In this document: one piece after another, positions 29,537 through 41,823 of the stretch
Position numbering within the stretch: the first letter of the stretch is position 1
Layout of the letters: the number at the start of each line of letters is the position of its first letter
DNA from: Acidobacteriota bacterium
GTDB taxonomy: Bacteria; Acidobacteriota; UBA890; WLXD01
NCBI GenBank assembly: GCA_963666215.2
Contig: CAXWPL010000004.1
Coordinates: 960,001 to 1,024,000 of the forward strand
Direction of reading: 5' to 3'
Length of the DNA stretch: 64,000 nt
Notes under the pieces: generated by a model
Database searches by the model: none
Told to the model about the DNA's origin: nothing
The model's input: only the letters and a program-made list of their open reading frames with translations
Position numbers and translations under genes: made by a program

Positions 29537-30286
29537 TCAGTGTTCACCGCCGTCGCCCGGCGTGCCCGAACACGGACCGCTGGCCAGAAGATCTCGCCCG
29601 ATCCACTCCGAAAAGTCCACCAGGTCGTGCTCGCCAACAACGATCTGGCCGCCATCGTCGCTTTCGGAAGTGTCCATAATCGACGCCGTCTCCCTCGCTT
29701 TTTCTGGCCACGCCGATTGAGTCCACCAGTCGCCCCAGCTGCCTTCTGAGAGGTACGCGCTCCAGCAGGAGCGCTGTTGTGGCGAGAGCTCGTTCCAGAT
29801 TCTCGCGGGCTCGGCCAGCCATTCCTCAACAAGCTCACCAAGACGTTCGAGCGATGTTCCGCGCGGCGCGATCGTCAGTCCCTCAGCTCGCCAAAACGCA
29901 ACGCGCGCCTCGCCCAGCGGGCCCGATTCCCACAGCACCGCGGCGAGCTCGAGAGTGAGCTTGCAGGCGTAGGCAAACTGCAGCACGCCGCCGCGGAAAG
30001 CTTCCTGCCGCATGTGGGCGCCGATGCAGGCCGGACGGATGCGAAGTTCCAGCTCAGTCTCGCCTTCGGTATCCAACTGAACGTCGGGAAGGGCGCGCAC
30101 GACGGCGGTGCTGAGTCGTTCGTGAAGCTGTTCGTCGCTGAACTCGGTGTCGCCGGCGTCGCCAATCTGCAGGGCGAGACGGAGCGGTGTCTGCGGTGCG
30201 GGCCGCTGCGCGGCGGCGCTTCCGAGGGCTACCAGCGCGATCGCCGTCGCCGTCGATATGCCAACACTGCGAATCAGGAAGCTCAC
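29537..30286 (-). CDS. Hypothetical secreted protein
   Basis: Signal peptide (..ALGSAAAQ); co-oriented 75 bp upstream of the phospholipase. Confidence 0.55.
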   Translation of the reverse strand: MSFLIRSVGISTATAIALVALGSAAAQRPAPQTPLRLALQIGDAGDTEFSDEQLHERLSTAVVRALPDVQLDTEGETELELRIRPACIGAHMRQEAFRGGVLQFAYACKLTLELAAVLWESGPLGEARVAFWRAEGLTIAPRGTSLERLGELVEEWLAEPARIWNELSPQQRSCWSAYLSEGSWGDWWTQSAWPEKARETASIMDTSESDDGGQIVVGEHDLVDFSEWIGRDLLASGPCSGTPGDGGEH

Positions 30287-30446
30287 GTTGGCGAACGCTA
30301 GCAGCAGTCCGCGACGATATCCACAAACGGGGATGTCGCTGGGGCGCTCGTCGCCGGAGCTCTCTCCTGCGCCGTGGGCTTCGCCGTCGGGTGTTGTTTA
30401 ATGGGCCGGCGTCCGTTTTTTCAGTTCTGGCCAGAAGAGGTTGTCC

Positions 30447-33545
<3,099 letters not shown>

Positions 33546-33677
33546 CCTTCCGGCCCCAGCAGTAGCCGACTAGCGCACAGCGATGGCGCGATAGACGTTG
33601 CCGTTGCCCGAGAATCGCGCTCGAACGCCGGTGTGCCGGCACCTCTGGTTGTGGTTCTTTGCGCTCATCGTCTAGAG

Positions 33678-33695
33678 TTGGTCAACCTTGACCAA
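33678..33695. promoter_or_regulatory. Perfect inverted repeat TTGGTCAA-CC-TTGACCAA (operator-like)
   Basis: Read directly in the intergenic gap between convergent genes; function inferred. Confidence 0.4.
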
Positions 33696-33908
33696 GTTGA
33701 AGCGATCGGGTAGCAAGACAGGAAACGCTATGGGACCGGTCCTTTGCAGCGCGGAAACTGAGAATTGAGCGTCGGTGACGGTTGACATCCGCTCGTCGTG
33801 GTCGACAAGAGCTCCGAGCGGGTGTTCGGCAGCGGCCGCATCTCGCGGCAGACGGCGAGCTCTTCCGCGCCCAGCAAGAACCGACTAGCAGTCCCAGGCC
33901 GGCGCTGC

Positions 33909-36458
33909 CTACCGAGCGCTGCTTTCGGAGATTCCGCGGTACACGGCGAGGGCTTCCTCGATAGCCAACTCGTACGCGGCTTTGGACGCAGGCTTCACGA
34001 AGTGATCGCGCTCCTGCACTCGTCGCCACAGCTCCCGCACGGTTTCCATCAGGAAGCGCGCGTCTTCGGCCGAGGTGGCGCGCCGACCCTCGCGGGTGAC
34101 GTAGACGGGTGAAGTGTGGACGTACGGGTAGTGGTCGCCTACCCATCGATGTGGCGGGCCGACTGCTCGCGCGGCCACCCAGCCGCCGTCGGGAACGTCG
34201 ACCGCGACGCTGGACACAAGCCGCGTTCCGTCGCCTTCGGATGTCAGGGTGTGGACGACTTCGCCGTTAACCACGATCTCGACGCGGTCGATCGGGACCA
34301 TCGATACGAGCTCGATGCTCGCCTCGAGACTGCCGGTGTGGCTCGCGGCCAGATCGATCGTGGAACCGGGGTCCTGGCCGTCGAGCTGGAAGTAGAGCAG
34401 CGGGCCGCTGGTGGCGAAGGTGCGGCCGTTGCGGATTCCGTCGAGCCAGCGCGCATAGGTCAGCGGGCTGCTGCCGCCCTCGCCGTCATCCCGAGCCCGG
34501 TCCAGGATTTTTACATAGACCCGGGCGGTGCCCGGTGACGGGTCGAGCCAGACGTCCGAGAAGTTGTCGGTGCCGCCGGTGGCGGTCAGACGGAAGCCGC
34601 AGTTGAGGAAGCGGTAGTACATCTCGGTCGTGGCGTCCTCCCGCGAGGCGATGCTGACCACGTCGTAGAAGTCGGCGCGGCCGAGCGCCACGTGCACCGG
34701 GATGTCGGCGCCGGCGGCCTGCTCGACGGTGTCGACAGGGCCGTTGTAGGGGTGCACGAAGCCGCCGAGGCCGCCCTGAGCGCGCGCCTTGTCGACATAG
34801 TCGAGCTTGAGCACATCCTCGGCGTGGGGAGTGCCGGGAGCGCCGCCGATCAGCGGCGTGATGAAGCGCTGCAGCCCGAGCATGCCGACGTGGCTGAAAG
34901 AGCCGCGGAACTCCTGCGTGTAGAAGAGGATGTTCTCTGGGGTCGACAGAACGCTGGGCTCGCCGGTCAGGTCTTCCCAGCGGCCCATGAGCCGGGTTCC
35001 GTCCATGTGAATGAGGGCGTTGGTGACGTGCAGGTCGTCGGCCACGAGCTGGCCAAAGAACTCCTCGCGCGTCAGCCCTTGGCGGCCCTGGTGCAGGTCG
35101 TGGGAGTGGGTGTCGCCAGAGAACCAGCCGCGCGCGGGGGCGTCGTCGAGGCGCTCGAGCTGGGTGGTGATGATGGCCGTGCTGCTGGCAGCGATGTCGA
35201 CGGTCCGCACCACCGGCTGGTATTCGAATCCGCGCGTGACTTCAATGCGCGCCTCTCCTTCGGGCAGCTCGAGCTCGAATCCGTCCTCGGCGTCGAGGCT
35301 GTGGAAGTAGTCGGCCCCCCGGCTCCAGGTGCGGCGGTAGAAGCCTCCCTGCGGGGCGTAGCCACGCCCATCGGCTCCGGTCACCCACACACGAGCCGGG
35401 GTTGGCACGCCGTTGGCGCCGAGCACGCGGCCCGACAGGCGGCCCATGGGCACGCGCCAGCGCCAATCGTCGATCGAGACGGCCTCCCAAAGGCCGCCCT
35501 TGCCACCGCCGCCGGCCGGCATGGTGAACAGACGCATCGCGCCGTTGCGGTTGGAGACGAAGGCAATGCGTTCGCCGTCGGGGCTCGGAGTCGGTGAAAG
35601 CTCGTGCCCGGGTGTCCAGGTCAGTCGGACCGGCGCCCCGCCCGAGGTGGCAGATGCGTCGACGCCGGAGCCGGCGCCGACGGGGAACAACATGATGTCG
35701 TTCGAGCCGGTGTTCTCCGTGACGTAGAGCAACGCTCGACCGTCGGGAGCCCACGTCGGGGCGGCGCGGTATTCGGTTTCCTCGTAGTGGACCAGCACGG
35801 GCTCAGCGGCAGCGTTGCCAGCGTTGTCGAGCCGCAATATCCACAGGCCGCCCGTTCCCGGCCGTCCCGCCACCGGCGAGACGTAAGCCAGCCACCGACC
35901 ATCGGGCGAGACGGCCGGTTGGATTTGATTGCCTCGTCCGGCAGCGACGGGAGTGAGGGCTCGACTCGAGAGCTCGAGCCGGTAGATGTCGAGGCTGCCC
36001 TCGCGGCGGCTCGCGAAGTAGAGGCTGTCGCCGTTCGGGTGCCAGGCAGGTTGCAGGTCGTAGTCGGGATGATCGGTGAGCCGCTCGATGTGGCTGCCGG
36101 CGGCGTCGATCAGCCCGATCTCGTAGTCGCGTTCACCACTGTCGTAGGTCAGCGCGATGTGCTGCCCGTCGGGGCTCCAGGCGGGCTCGGCGTGGTAGCT
36201 CCGCCCGCGCGTTAGCGCCGTCGCGCGCCCGCCCTCTGGCGCGATGGTCCAGATCTCACCACGGGCCGCGAAGGCGATGGTGCTGCCGTCGGGACTCCAG
36301 TCGGGGTCCATCGGACCGGTCGAGACCGGCGGCAGACCATGAAACTCGAGCCGCCCCGGTGTGACGCCCGCCGGGAACTGCGCCCCGAGGCAGGCGAGCA
36401 GCAGCAGCGAGCTCAAACAGCGTGAACGGACGGACAGCATGATTCTCGCAGTGGACAC
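33909..36458 (-). CDS. PD40/TolB-like propeller fused to a CehA/McbA-family (PHP-like) metallohydrolase
   Basis: Repeated PxWSPDG motifs, then GWFSGDTHSH, FVHP, FLNCGFRLTATGGTD and GRTFATSGPLL. Confidence 0.88.
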   Translation of the reverse strand: MSTARIMLSVRSRCLSSLLLLACLGAQFPAGVTPGRLEFHGLPPVSTGPMDPDWSPDGSTIAFAARGEIWTIAPEGGRATALTRGRSYHAEPAWSPDGQHIALTYDSGERDYEIGLIDAAGSHIERLTDHPDYDLQPAWHPNGDSLYFASRREGSLDIYRLELSSRALTPVAAGRGNQIQPAVSPDGRWLAYVSPVAGRPGTGGLWILRLDNAGNAAAEPVLVHYEETEYRAAPTWAPDGRALLYVTENTGSNDIMLFPVGAGSGVDASATSGGAPVRLTWTPGHELSPTPSPDGERIAFVSNRNGAMRLFTMPAGGGGKGGLWEAVSIDDWRWRVPMGRLSGRVLGANGVPTPARVWVTGADGRGYAPQGGFYRRTWSRGADYFHSLDAEDGFELELPEGEARIEVTRGFEYQPVVRTVDIAASSTAIITTQLERLDDAPARGWFSGDTHSHDLHQGRQGLTREEFFGQLVADDLHVTNALIHMDGTRLMGRWEDLTGEPSVLSTPENILFYTQEFRGSFSHVGMLGLQRFITPLIGGAPGTPHAEDVLKLDYVDKARAQGGLGGFVHPYNGPVDTVEQAAGADIPVHVALGRADFYDVVSIASREDATTEMYYRFLNCGFRLTATGGTDNFSDVWLDPSPGTARVYVKILDRARDDGEGGSSPLTYARWLDGIRNGRTFATSGPLLYFQLDGQDPGSTIDLAASHTGSLEASIELVSMVPIDRVEIVVNGEVVHTLTSEGDGTRLVSSVAVDVPDGGWVAARAVGPPHRWVGDHYPYVHTSPVYVTREGRRATSAEDARFLMETVRELWRRVQERDHFVKPASKAAYELAIEEALAVYRGISESSAR

Positions 36459-36564
36459 GATTGTCGACGGCGTGGCAAGTGCTCAGTCACGAGCGTGGCT
36501 CTGCGGCACTACTGGGAAACGACCCGGGCGCGACTCGCGGCAAGCACCGGGCGTCCTGAGCAAG

Positions 36565-36597
36565 AAAAAAGGGCGACCCGCAGGCGGGCCGCCCTTC
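36565..36597 (-). terminator. Rho-independent terminator after the tandem paralogs
   Basis: Minus strand GGGCGGCCCGC-CT-GCGGGTCGCCC-TTTTTT. Confidence 0.85.
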
Positions 36598-36620
36598 TCA
36601 TTCCGTGTCGGTAGCGAACG

Positions 36621-37508
36621 CTACCGCATGAACGCGATGCCGTTGACGCCACCGGGCAGGTCGCCGTGCTTGGTCACCTGACACGTGTCGGGGTCGAGCG
36701 AGCCCAGGTAGTCCGACAGCTGGTCGTTGCCCCAGTTGTTCGAGACCTTCACGAACAGCGTGCCGTCGTCCGAGAAGGTCATGCCACCGATCCGCGAGTA
36801 GTCCGGATCGGCGGTCGGATAGCTGACCTCACAGCCGTGCTTCTTGATTTTGCCGCTGTGGAGCTTGAGCTGGCCGAACACGGTCTGATGCCCGTTACTG
36901 CTACTCGAGTCGCCCTGGCTAACGAAGATCTTTTTGCCGCGGGCCGCGATTGCCAGCGGATTGCCGTCGACGGGACTCTCGACGGCGATCGGGTTCCGAT
37001 TGTTGCCCTTCTTGGTGACGCGACTGACGGCCGCGACGTCGCCGCAACAGTTTCCGGTGATCCCTGTGTTCGAGTCGGTCGCCCAGAGCTTCTTGCCGCG
37101 GAAATCCATGTCCTCGACGCCGTTCGGGCACTTGTCAATGTTCGTGTCGCCGGCGGCGTAAACGCCCGCGCATCTTGACCCGAGGTCTTCGACGTCACCC
37201 GTGGCGACATTGACCCGGAACAGGCGGAAGTCGTACGTGTCGCCGGGGTCGTCAACGTCTTGTTTGTTGGTGCCTTGCGTGAAGCAGTAGCCGTTGCGGC
37301 AGGCGAGGTTGCCGAAGCGACCCAGTGCGCTGTTGATCTGCGCCACCGTGCCCAGGATGGTGCCGTCCGCCGGGTCGATCTCGACAACGAGGCCACCGGT
37401 GTTGGTGACGGCTCCGAGGATGCCGTAGAGCTGTTGGGCGTGTGCGGGGGCCACCAGCATCAACGCCACCGCGCAAGTTAGCGAGAGAGCAAGTCGTTTG
37501 CGAAGCAT
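36621..37508 (-). CDS. Secreted Cys-rich, Lys-rich beta-propeller-like protein, paralog A
   Basis: AAGGAG RBS, ATG 37508, signal peptide MLRKRLALSLTCAVALMLVAPAHA, blade-like xxEIDPxxG / FRVNVATG / GSLDPDT motifs and 8 Cys in the mature chain. Confidence 0.8.
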   Translation of the reverse strand: MLRKRLALSLTCAVALMLVAPAHAQQLYGILGAVTNTGGLVVEIDPADGTILGTVAQINSALGRFGNLACRNGYCFTQGTNKQDVDDPGDTYDFRLFRVNVATGDVEDLGSRCAGVYAAGDTNIDKCPNGVEDMDFRGKKLWATDSNTGITGNCCGDVAAVSRVTKKGNNRNPIAVESPVDGNPLAIAARGKKIFVSQGDSSSSNGHQTVFGQLKLHSGKIKKHGCEVSYPTADPDYSRIGGMTFSDDGTLFVKVSNNWGNDQLSDYLGSLDPDTCQVTKHGDLPGGVNGIAFMR

Positions 37509-37559
37509 GCAGAGATTCTCCTTGGATTCTGATGTGATCAAGCCGAGCGATGGCAAGCT

Positions 37560-38450
37560 CTACTGCATGAATGCGATGCTGTTGACGCCGCCGGGCAGGT
37601 CACCGATCTTGGTCACCTGACACGTGTCGCGATCGAGTGAGCCCAGGTAGTCTGCCAGCTCGTCGTTGCCCCAGTTGTTGGAGACCTTGACGAACAGCGT
37701 GTCGTCGTCCGAGAAGGTCATGCCACCGATCCGCGAGTAGTCCGGGTCGGCGGTCGGATAGCTGACCTCACAGCCGCCCTTCTTGATCTTGCCGCTGTGG
37801 AGCTTGAGCTGGCCGAACACGGTGTGATGCCCCCCGCAGCAGTCACTCGTGTCGCCCTGGCTGACGAAGATTTTCTTGCCGCGGGCCGCCATCGCCAGCG
37901 GACTGTTGTCGACGGAGTTTTCAACGGCGATCGGGTTCCGATTATTGCCCTTCTTGGTGACGCGACTGACGGCCCCCGCGTCGCTGCAACAGTTTCCGGT
38001 GATCCCTGAGTTCGAGTCGGCCGCCCAGAGCTTCTTGCCGCGGAAATCCATGTTCTCGACGCCGTTCGGGCACTTGTCAGTGTTTTTCTCGCTGCCGTCG
38101 AGGATGTCCGAGCATCTCGACCCGAGGTCTTCGACGTCACCCGTGGCGACGTTGACCCGGAAGAGGCGGAAGTCGTACGCGTCGCCGGGGACGTGGGCGT
38201 CTTGTTTGTCGGTGCCCTGCGTGTAGCAGTACCCGTTGCGACAGGCGAGGTTGCCGAAGCGGCCCAGGGCACTGTTGATCTGCGCCACGGGGCCCATGAT
38301 CGTGCCGGTTGCAGGGTCGATCTCGACCACGATGCCGCCGGTGTTGGTGCCGGCTCCGATGATGCCGTACAGCTCCTGCGCGTGTGCCGCGCCCACCAGC
38401 AAGAAAGCCAGCGCGCTGACCGCGAACAGGGTGAGGATTCTCGAGCGTAT
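37560..38450 (-). CDS. Secreted Cys-rich beta-propeller-like protein, paralog B (apparent ATA start)
   Basis: Near-identical to paralog A. A full signal peptide (I)RSRILTLFAVSALAFLLVGAAHA begins at ATA 38450, 8 nt after AAGGAG; 10 Cys. Confidence 0.75.
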   Translation of the reverse strand: MRSRILTLFAVSALAFLLVGAAHAQELYGIIGAGTNTGGIVVEIDPATGTIMGPVAQINSALGRFGNLACRNGYCYTQGTDKQDAHVPGDAYDFRLFRVNVATGDVEDLGSRCSDILDGSEKNTDKCPNGVENMDFRGKKLWAADSNSGITGNCCSDAGAVSRVTKKGNNRNPIAVENSVDNSPLAMAARGKKIFVSQGDTSDCCGGHHTVFGQLKLHSGKIKKGGCEVSYPTADPDYSRIGGMTFSDDDTLFVKVSNNWGNDELADYLGSLDRDTCQVTKIGDLPGGVNSIAFMQ

Positions 38451-38804
38451 GAACTGTGCTCCTTCTGATGTGGAACGATGTGGGCACGGGCGATTCTGTA
38501 CCCGAGTGTTGACTCAGTACAGGTGGCCGAGCGACGACGCTTCCAGGCTCCCAGACCGCTGGCACCAGGCCGTATTTCTAGCATGACCGGTCGATATTAG
38601 CAATGCTGGCGTAGTCATTACGATCAAGACATAGCAGCACTTCGCATGGAATACCCATGGCCATCCAAGCACAGAAAAAGGAGGTGATCCGCAGACCGAT
38701 CGCCCCTTCAATTCGTGCCGACAGCAAGCGCGCAGGCCATTACCAGACTGGGTAGTCTGAGGTGCAAGAGAAACTCCTCCAGTTTGGTTGCGGGTCATGC
38801 CAAG

Positions 38805-38936
38805 AGAACCCGGGCCACCGTCGAGGTCCGCTGGCCGGGCGGAGCCACCGAGACCTTCGAGGACGTCGTGGCCGGCTCCCAGGTTCTACTGGTAGAGGGT
38901 AGCGGCATCGTCGCCACAAGGCGCCTTGGCCAATGA
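38805..38936 (+). pseudogene. C-terminal remnant of an ASPIC/UnbV (CRTAC1-like) protein
   Basis: ATVEVRWPGGATETFEDVVAGSQVLLVEG matches the typical ASPIC/UnbV C-terminus; no upstream coding sequence remains. Confidence 0.55.
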
Positions 38937-39100
38937 CCACTCGGTTCGTTCTCGAGCGACGAGTCGGTGGAGTCGACGCAGACGATGATGTGTCTCGGAG
39001 CCCTCGACCAACGGTCGGGCGTGGGCGTCACACACCTATCACAGCAAATGCGAAGAAATGAGCCAAGGCCCGTTCTTCTCTAACAACCGGAGGGTTGACC

Positions 39101-39493
39101 ATGTCGTTCCGTCACCTAACGCTCACCGTAATCGCGGCTCTGATCGTCACCGCCGGTGCCATCAGCGGGTTCGCCACGGCGCAGGAAGGGCACGACGCCT
39201 TCCTCGGATCCTGGGAGATGACGACTGCCTTCCAGGGGCAGGAGATCCCGGCGACGATGACCCTCTCTATAGAAGAGGGCAAGCTCGTTGGCGTGTGGGC
39301 CAGCCAGGGGGGCGAAATGACGATGGCCGACCTGGTTGTCGAAGGCGCCAAGCTCACCTTCTCTCGCTCGATGGGTCGGGGCGGGCAGCAGCTGCAGTTC
39401 GAGGGCACGCTCGAGGGTGACGAGATCAACGGAAAGTACGTCACCGGGATGGGCGAGATGGTGTGCACCGGAAAGCGCAAGCAGGAGAGCTAG
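39101..39493 (+). CDS. Small secreted beta-sheet hypothetical protein
   Basis: GGAGG RBS, signal peptide, and a GSWEMT..LSIEEGKLVG..EGAKLTF pattern. Confidence 0.8.
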   Translation: MSFRHLTLTVIAALIVTAGAISGFATAQEGHDAFLGSWEMTTAFQGQEIPATMTLSIEEGKLVGVWASQGGEMTMADLVVEGAKLTFSRSMGRGGQQLQFEGTLEGDEINGKYVTGMGEMVCTGKRKQES

Positions 39494-39535
39494 GTAGCCC
39501 GATGCCCTCGATCGCACGGCAGGGGAAATAGCTTC

Positions 39536-40441
39536 GTGGGTTCCAGCGCGTTGCCCTTGGGCCAACGCCTGGTCGCCGGGGCTCCGCTCCTCCTGGATGG
39601 CCCCATGGGCACCGAGCTGACGCGGCGTGGGGTCCAAACCACGTTGCCCCTGTGGTCGGCGCTGGCGCTGATCGAGTGCCCCGACGCCGTGCGCGACATT
39701 CACCTCGAGTACGTGAACGCCGGCACGGAGGTCATCACAACCAACACGTTCCGTACACACCGTCGCTCGCTCGACAAGGGCGGCGTGAGCGACCGCGCGG
39801 AGGAGCTCACCGCGATGGCCGTTCGGCTGGCGCGCGAGGCCATCGATGGAGCCCCCGGCAACGCAAGCTCAGCCTGGGTGGCCGGTTCGATTGCGTCACT
39901 CGAGGATTGTTATTCGCCCGACCTGACTCCCGACGACACGCGCCTGCAACGCGAGCACGAGGAGATTGCCTCGACGCTGGCTGCTTGCGGCGTCGACGTG
40001 CTGCTGGTCGAGACCATGCCGACTATTCGTGAGGCCGCCGCGGCCACCCGAGCGGCGGTCGCCACCGGCCTTCCGGTGTGGACCGGATTCGCCTGCGACA
40101 CACGTGGACGTTTGATCTCGGGCGAGGCCGTCGCCGACGCCGCCACGGCGGTAGAAGCGCTCGGCGCCCAAGCCTTGCTGATCAACTGCACGCCGACGCA
40201 TGGGTTGCACCGAGCTCTGAGCCAGCTGGCGGCCGCTTCGGAGCTGCCGATTGGCGCCTACGGCAACGTGGGTCACAGCGAGGACGATCAGGGCTGGACG
40301 CTCACCGATGCGATCGGGCCGCAGAAGTACGCCGAGTACGCGGCACGGTGGCTTGATTTGGGCTCGCGCATCGTCGGCGGCTGCTGCGGCACGACGCCGG
40401 CCCATACGGCGGCATTGAAGCGGTTGCTCAGCAGGGCCTGA
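39536..40441 (+). CDS. Homocysteine S-methyltransferase family protein
   Basis: LLDGPMGTEL, ITTNTF, LLVETM, INC and GGCCGTTP Zn-binding motifs. Confidence 0.92.
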   Translation: MGSSALPLGQRLVAGAPLLLDGPMGTELTRRGVQTTLPLWSALALIECPDAVRDIHLEYVNAGTEVITTNTFRTHRRSLDKGGVSDRAEELTAMAVRLAREAIDGAPGNASSAWVAGSIASLEDCYSPDLTPDDTRLQREHEEIASTLAACGVDVLLVETMPTIREAAAATRAAVATGLPVWTGFACDTRGRLISGEAVADAATAVEALGAQALLINCTPTHGLHRALSQLAAASELPIGAYGNVGHSEDDQGWTLTDAIGPQKYAEYAARWLDLGSRIVGGCCGTTPAHTAALKRLLSRA

Positions 40442-40587
40442 CGAACAGTCTCTCGCCAGTCATGGCGCTGCCCCCGGCTTTCACCACCGCGAGTTGCCGC
40501 CCTGTTTCTGACTGTTGGGCGCTCGCCTCCGCGTTTCTGAAACGCCCCCCACGCCTACTCGCCTGGCGCTGACTCGGCCGGCGTCGG

Positions 40588-41649
40588 CTAGTCGGTGCCG
40601 CTCTCGAAGCGAATCGCCAGCTCGACGTCTCGTTTCGAGCCCATGTACAACGGCACCCGCTGGTGCAGGTCGTTGGCTTCGATGTCGAGGATGCGGTGGG
40701 AGCCGGTGGATGCCATGCCGCCTGCCTGCTCGATGACAAGCGCCATCGGGTTGGCCTCGTAGAGCAACCGCAGCTTGCCGTTGGGCGTGGTCTCGGTGGC
40801 TGGATACATGAAGAGGCCGCCGTACAGAAGGGTTCGGTGAATGTCGGCCACCATCGAGCCAACGTAGCGCGACGAGTAGGTTTTGCCGTTCTCGTCGGGT
40901 GTTTGCATGTGGTCGATAAGGCGGCGCGTGCTCGGGAAGAGCAGCTGCCGATAGCCCTCGTTGCACGAGTAGATCTTCCTGCCGGGTAGCGGGATCTGCA
41001 CCGCTGGCTCCGAGAGCAGGAACTCGCCAATGCCCGGGTCGAGCGTAAACGCGTGCACGCCCTTGCCGGTTGTGTAGACCAGCATCGTGCTCGAGCCGTA
41101 GGCCACGTAGCCGGCTGCCAGCTGCTCGCTGCCCTTGCGTAGCAGGTCTTCCATTGTTCCCGCACCGCCGAAGTCGTTCTTCCTCTTGTAGACCGAGAAA
41201 ATCGACCCCACCGTGACGTTGACGTCGATGTTCGAAGAGCCGTCGAGCGGGTCGAACAGCAGCACGTAGTCGCCACACGTGAACTTCGGCGGAATCGGGA
41301 TCGGCTCGTCATGCTCCTCCGACGCCATGATGCACAGCCTACCGCCGTGATCGAACGTCTTGATGAAGCAGTCGTCGGCGAACTCGTCGAGCTTCTGTAC
41401 ATATTCATCGTGGACATTCGTGTCGCCTGTTTCGCCCAGGATGTCGACCAGCCCGGCTTTGTTGACTTCCCGCGCAATCAGCTTCGCCGTCAGCGCGATG
41501 TCGTACAGCACTTCCGAGAGCGGCCCGGTGGCCTCAGGCTGCACACCCTGTTGGTCGAGGATGAACCGCTCAATTGTCACGACCCGATTCGGGCGCATCA
41601 CGATTGGTGCTTTGAAGGCAGAAACCGGCGGACGGAGAGGGTCGGACAT
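40588..41649 (-). CDS. fbp: Class I fructose-1,6-bisphosphatase
   Basis: QKLD, SEE, FDPLDGSSNID, YSSRYVGSMVAD and GKLRLLYEANP motifs. Confidence 0.97.
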   Translation of the reverse strand: MSDPLRPPVSAFKAPIVMRPNRVVTIERFILDQQGVQPEATGPLSEVLYDIALTAKLIAREVNKAGLVDILGETGDTNVHDEYVQKLDEFADDCFIKTFDHGGRLCIMASEEHDEPIPIPPKFTCGDYVLLFDPLDGSSNIDVNVTVGSIFSVYKRKNDFGGAGTMEDLLRKGSEQLAAGYVAYGSSTMLVYTTGKGVHAFTLDPGIGEFLLSEPAVQIPLPGRKIYSCNEGYRQLLFPSTRRLIDHMQTPDENGKTYSSRYVGSMVADIHRTLLYGGLFMYPATETTPNGKLRLLYEANPMALVIEQAGGMASTGSHRILDIEANDLHQRVPLYMGSKRDVELAIRFESGTD

Positions 41650-41823
41650 GAGCGGGCCTCGGAAGCGCGATGTTGAGTGTCTTGAAACGCGATGGCGGAG
41701 TCGCAGCTGCGATTCTACGCGAGATTCCCAGGTCTGCGGCGGCTCAACCCGCTGAATTCAAAGCCCAGGCCGAACAAATAGGATGGGCTGCACTCGCGTA
41801 CTACCGACACCCGGAGAGGCCTG

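Noticed and set aside
38745-38785. Hammerhead ribozyme (CTGA...GAAA)
   Set aside because: The core is CTGAGGT rather than CUGANGA, and the required stems are not evident.
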